A stretch of 32,000 bases of DNA from NCBI GenBank assembly GCA_964536865.1, contig CAZHYN010000004.1:30001-62000 (forward strand), in the 5' to 3' direction. This document shows positions 30,881 through 32,000 of this stretch, in pieces; position 1 is the first letter of the stretch, and each line of letters starts with the position of its first letter. This stretch comes from an uncultured Planctomycetia bacterium. GTDB taxonomy: Bacteria > Omnitrophota > Gorgyraeia > Duberdicusellales > 4484-171. The position numbers and the translations under genes were made by a program. Below the pieces are notes generated by a model that saw nothing but the letters and a program-made list of their open reading frames with translations, was not told the origin of the DNA and did not search any database.

Positions 30881-31831
30881 ATGAAGAAAGTATTTATTGC
30901 TGTCTTTTTTTCTTTTCTGGTTTTTTCTCAAACTTATCCTTTTTGGATATGGTCTCCTAAAACCCAGAAGTGGAAAAATCCACAACTTTCTCCATTAGCT
31001 ACCCCTAAGCTCCAGTTAGAGAAAGCGTTAAAGGAGTTTAATGCTGGAAGGTATAAATCTGCTCTTCGAGAGTTCAAGAAAGTTATAGTTCACTATCCAG
31101 ATTCTTATCAAGCTTCGGAAGCTCGGTATTATATGGGTAGGTGTTGGGAAGAGTTAAAAAGACCTTATCAGGCTTTTTTGGAGTACCAAAAAGTAATCGA
31201 CTCTTATCCTAACAGTACTCGTATTCAGGAGATTATAGAAAGAGAGTATAAAATTGGAGAGTACTTTTTGAACCAGAAGCTTCAAAAATGGTTTGGGATC
31301 TCCTTATACGATTTAGTAGAGCACCCTTCTATAGAGATTTTTAGGAAAATAGTAAAAAGTGCTCCTTACTCAGAATACGCTCCTAAAGCTCAATATAAGT
31401 TAGGAATTCTCCTGCTCAATCTGGGTAGGCATGAGGAAGCAAGAGAAGCTTTCCAGAAACTTGTGGATAACTATCCTGATAGTGAATGGGCAGACGCTGC
31501 TAAGTATCAACTTGCTACTTCTAGCGTTAAGGCTTCTTTAGGGGTAGATTACGATGATACCTATCGGAAAGAGGCTATGAGGGGGTTTAAAGAGTTTATT
31601 TCGCGTCATCCCGAAGCAGAGTTTTCCCAAAAGGCTAAGGAGCAGCTAAAAATCTTGAGAGAAGAGGAGGCAAAGAAGAATTTTGATATTGCTGCTTTTT
31701 ATGAGAAACAGAAGAAATTTAAAAGCGCCATCCTTTACTATAAGTTAGTGGCTGAGGACTTTAAGGATACACGGTGGGCTAAAGAAGCAGAAAGGAAGCT
31801 GTCAGAGATCAAAGATAAAGTTAAAGAATGA
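30881..31831 (+). CDS. bamD: BamD/YfiO-like TPR outer-membrane assembly protein
   Basis: Signal peptide, repeated TPR-like units (YPDS/YPNS/YPDSEW) and C-terminal AKKNFDIAAFYEKQKKFKSAILYY typical of BamD. There is no lipobox Cys. Confidence 0.6.
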   Translation: MKKVFIAVFFSFLVFSQTYPFWIWSPKTQKWKNPQLSPLATPKLQLEKALKEFNAGRYKSALREFKKVIVHYPDSYQASEARYYMGRCWEELKRPYQAFLEYQKVIDSYPNSTRIQEIIEREYKIGEYFLNQKLQKWFGISLYDLVEHPSIEIFRKIVKSAPYSEYAPKAQYKLGILLLNLGRHEEAREAFQKLVDNYPDSEWADAAKYQLATSSVKASLGVDYDDTYRKEAMRGFKEFISRHPEAEFSQKAKEQLKILREEEAKKNFDIAAFYEKQKKFKSAILYYKLVAEDFKDTRWAKEAERKLSEIKDKVKE

Positions 31832-32000
31832 AGAGGGTAATTCTTTTGTTTCTCTTACTAGGAGGCTGTGGTTATACTACCTACCTTGTGAGTTCCTCAT
31901 TAGGAGAAGGTAAAATTTATGTAAAACCAGTAGCTAATGAGGTCAGAATAACTTCTGAAGATAGAGCCTATTCTGATTATACTGTTTATCCTGTTCTCTT
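31828..32000 (+). CDS. lipoprotein, LptE-like (3' end outside window)
   Basis: MKRVILLFLLLGGCGYTT has a lipobox (LGGC). The following IYVKPVANEV resembles the LptE N-terminus. The ATG overlaps the bamD TGA (ATGA). Confidence 0.5.
   Translation, partial: MKRVILLFLLLGGCGYTTYLVSSSLGEGKIYVKPVANEVRITSEDRAYSDYTVYPVL

Overview
AT-rich, tightly packed bacterial window. LptF/LptG, a BamD-like protein and an LptE-like lipoprotein indicate a diderm, probably from an uncultivated lineage. Most of it is housekeeping. On the + strand: metG 3' end, tatD, a small ORF, mtnA, thiL, tsaE, tsaB, alr. On the - strand: comF, lptF, lptG. A prepilin-type pseudopilin, a CHASE2/degenerate-GGDEF/HD-GYP sensor and an SGNH lipoprotein follow. 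After the tRNA island come nfo, leuS, comEA, comEC and an MscS-like channel. Two regions stand out. (1) A 1.7 kb non-coding tRNA island (about 12381-14107) holds one intact tRNA-Leu(CAA) and two tRNA-Ala(GGC) copies. One tRNA-Ala copy is split in its T-loop by a 31-nt twin GC-hairpin insert. The same insert sits in truncated tRNA-Ala 5' fragments. Every tRNA fragment abuts a bipartite stem-loop of conserved architecture but unrelated sequence. Breakpoints in both tRNAs fall at the same two cloverleaf positions. No integrase or transposase is present in the window. This looks like an undescribed tRNA-targeting miniature-element or intron-like system. (2) An 11 kb co-directional trehalose cluster (19930-30818): two GH65 phosphorylase-like genes, a GT4, otsA, a beta-PGM/T6P-phosphatase fusion, an unknown 218-aa protein and a TreT-like synthase. 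All calls rest on reading the sequence and the ORF translations by eye; no searches were run.
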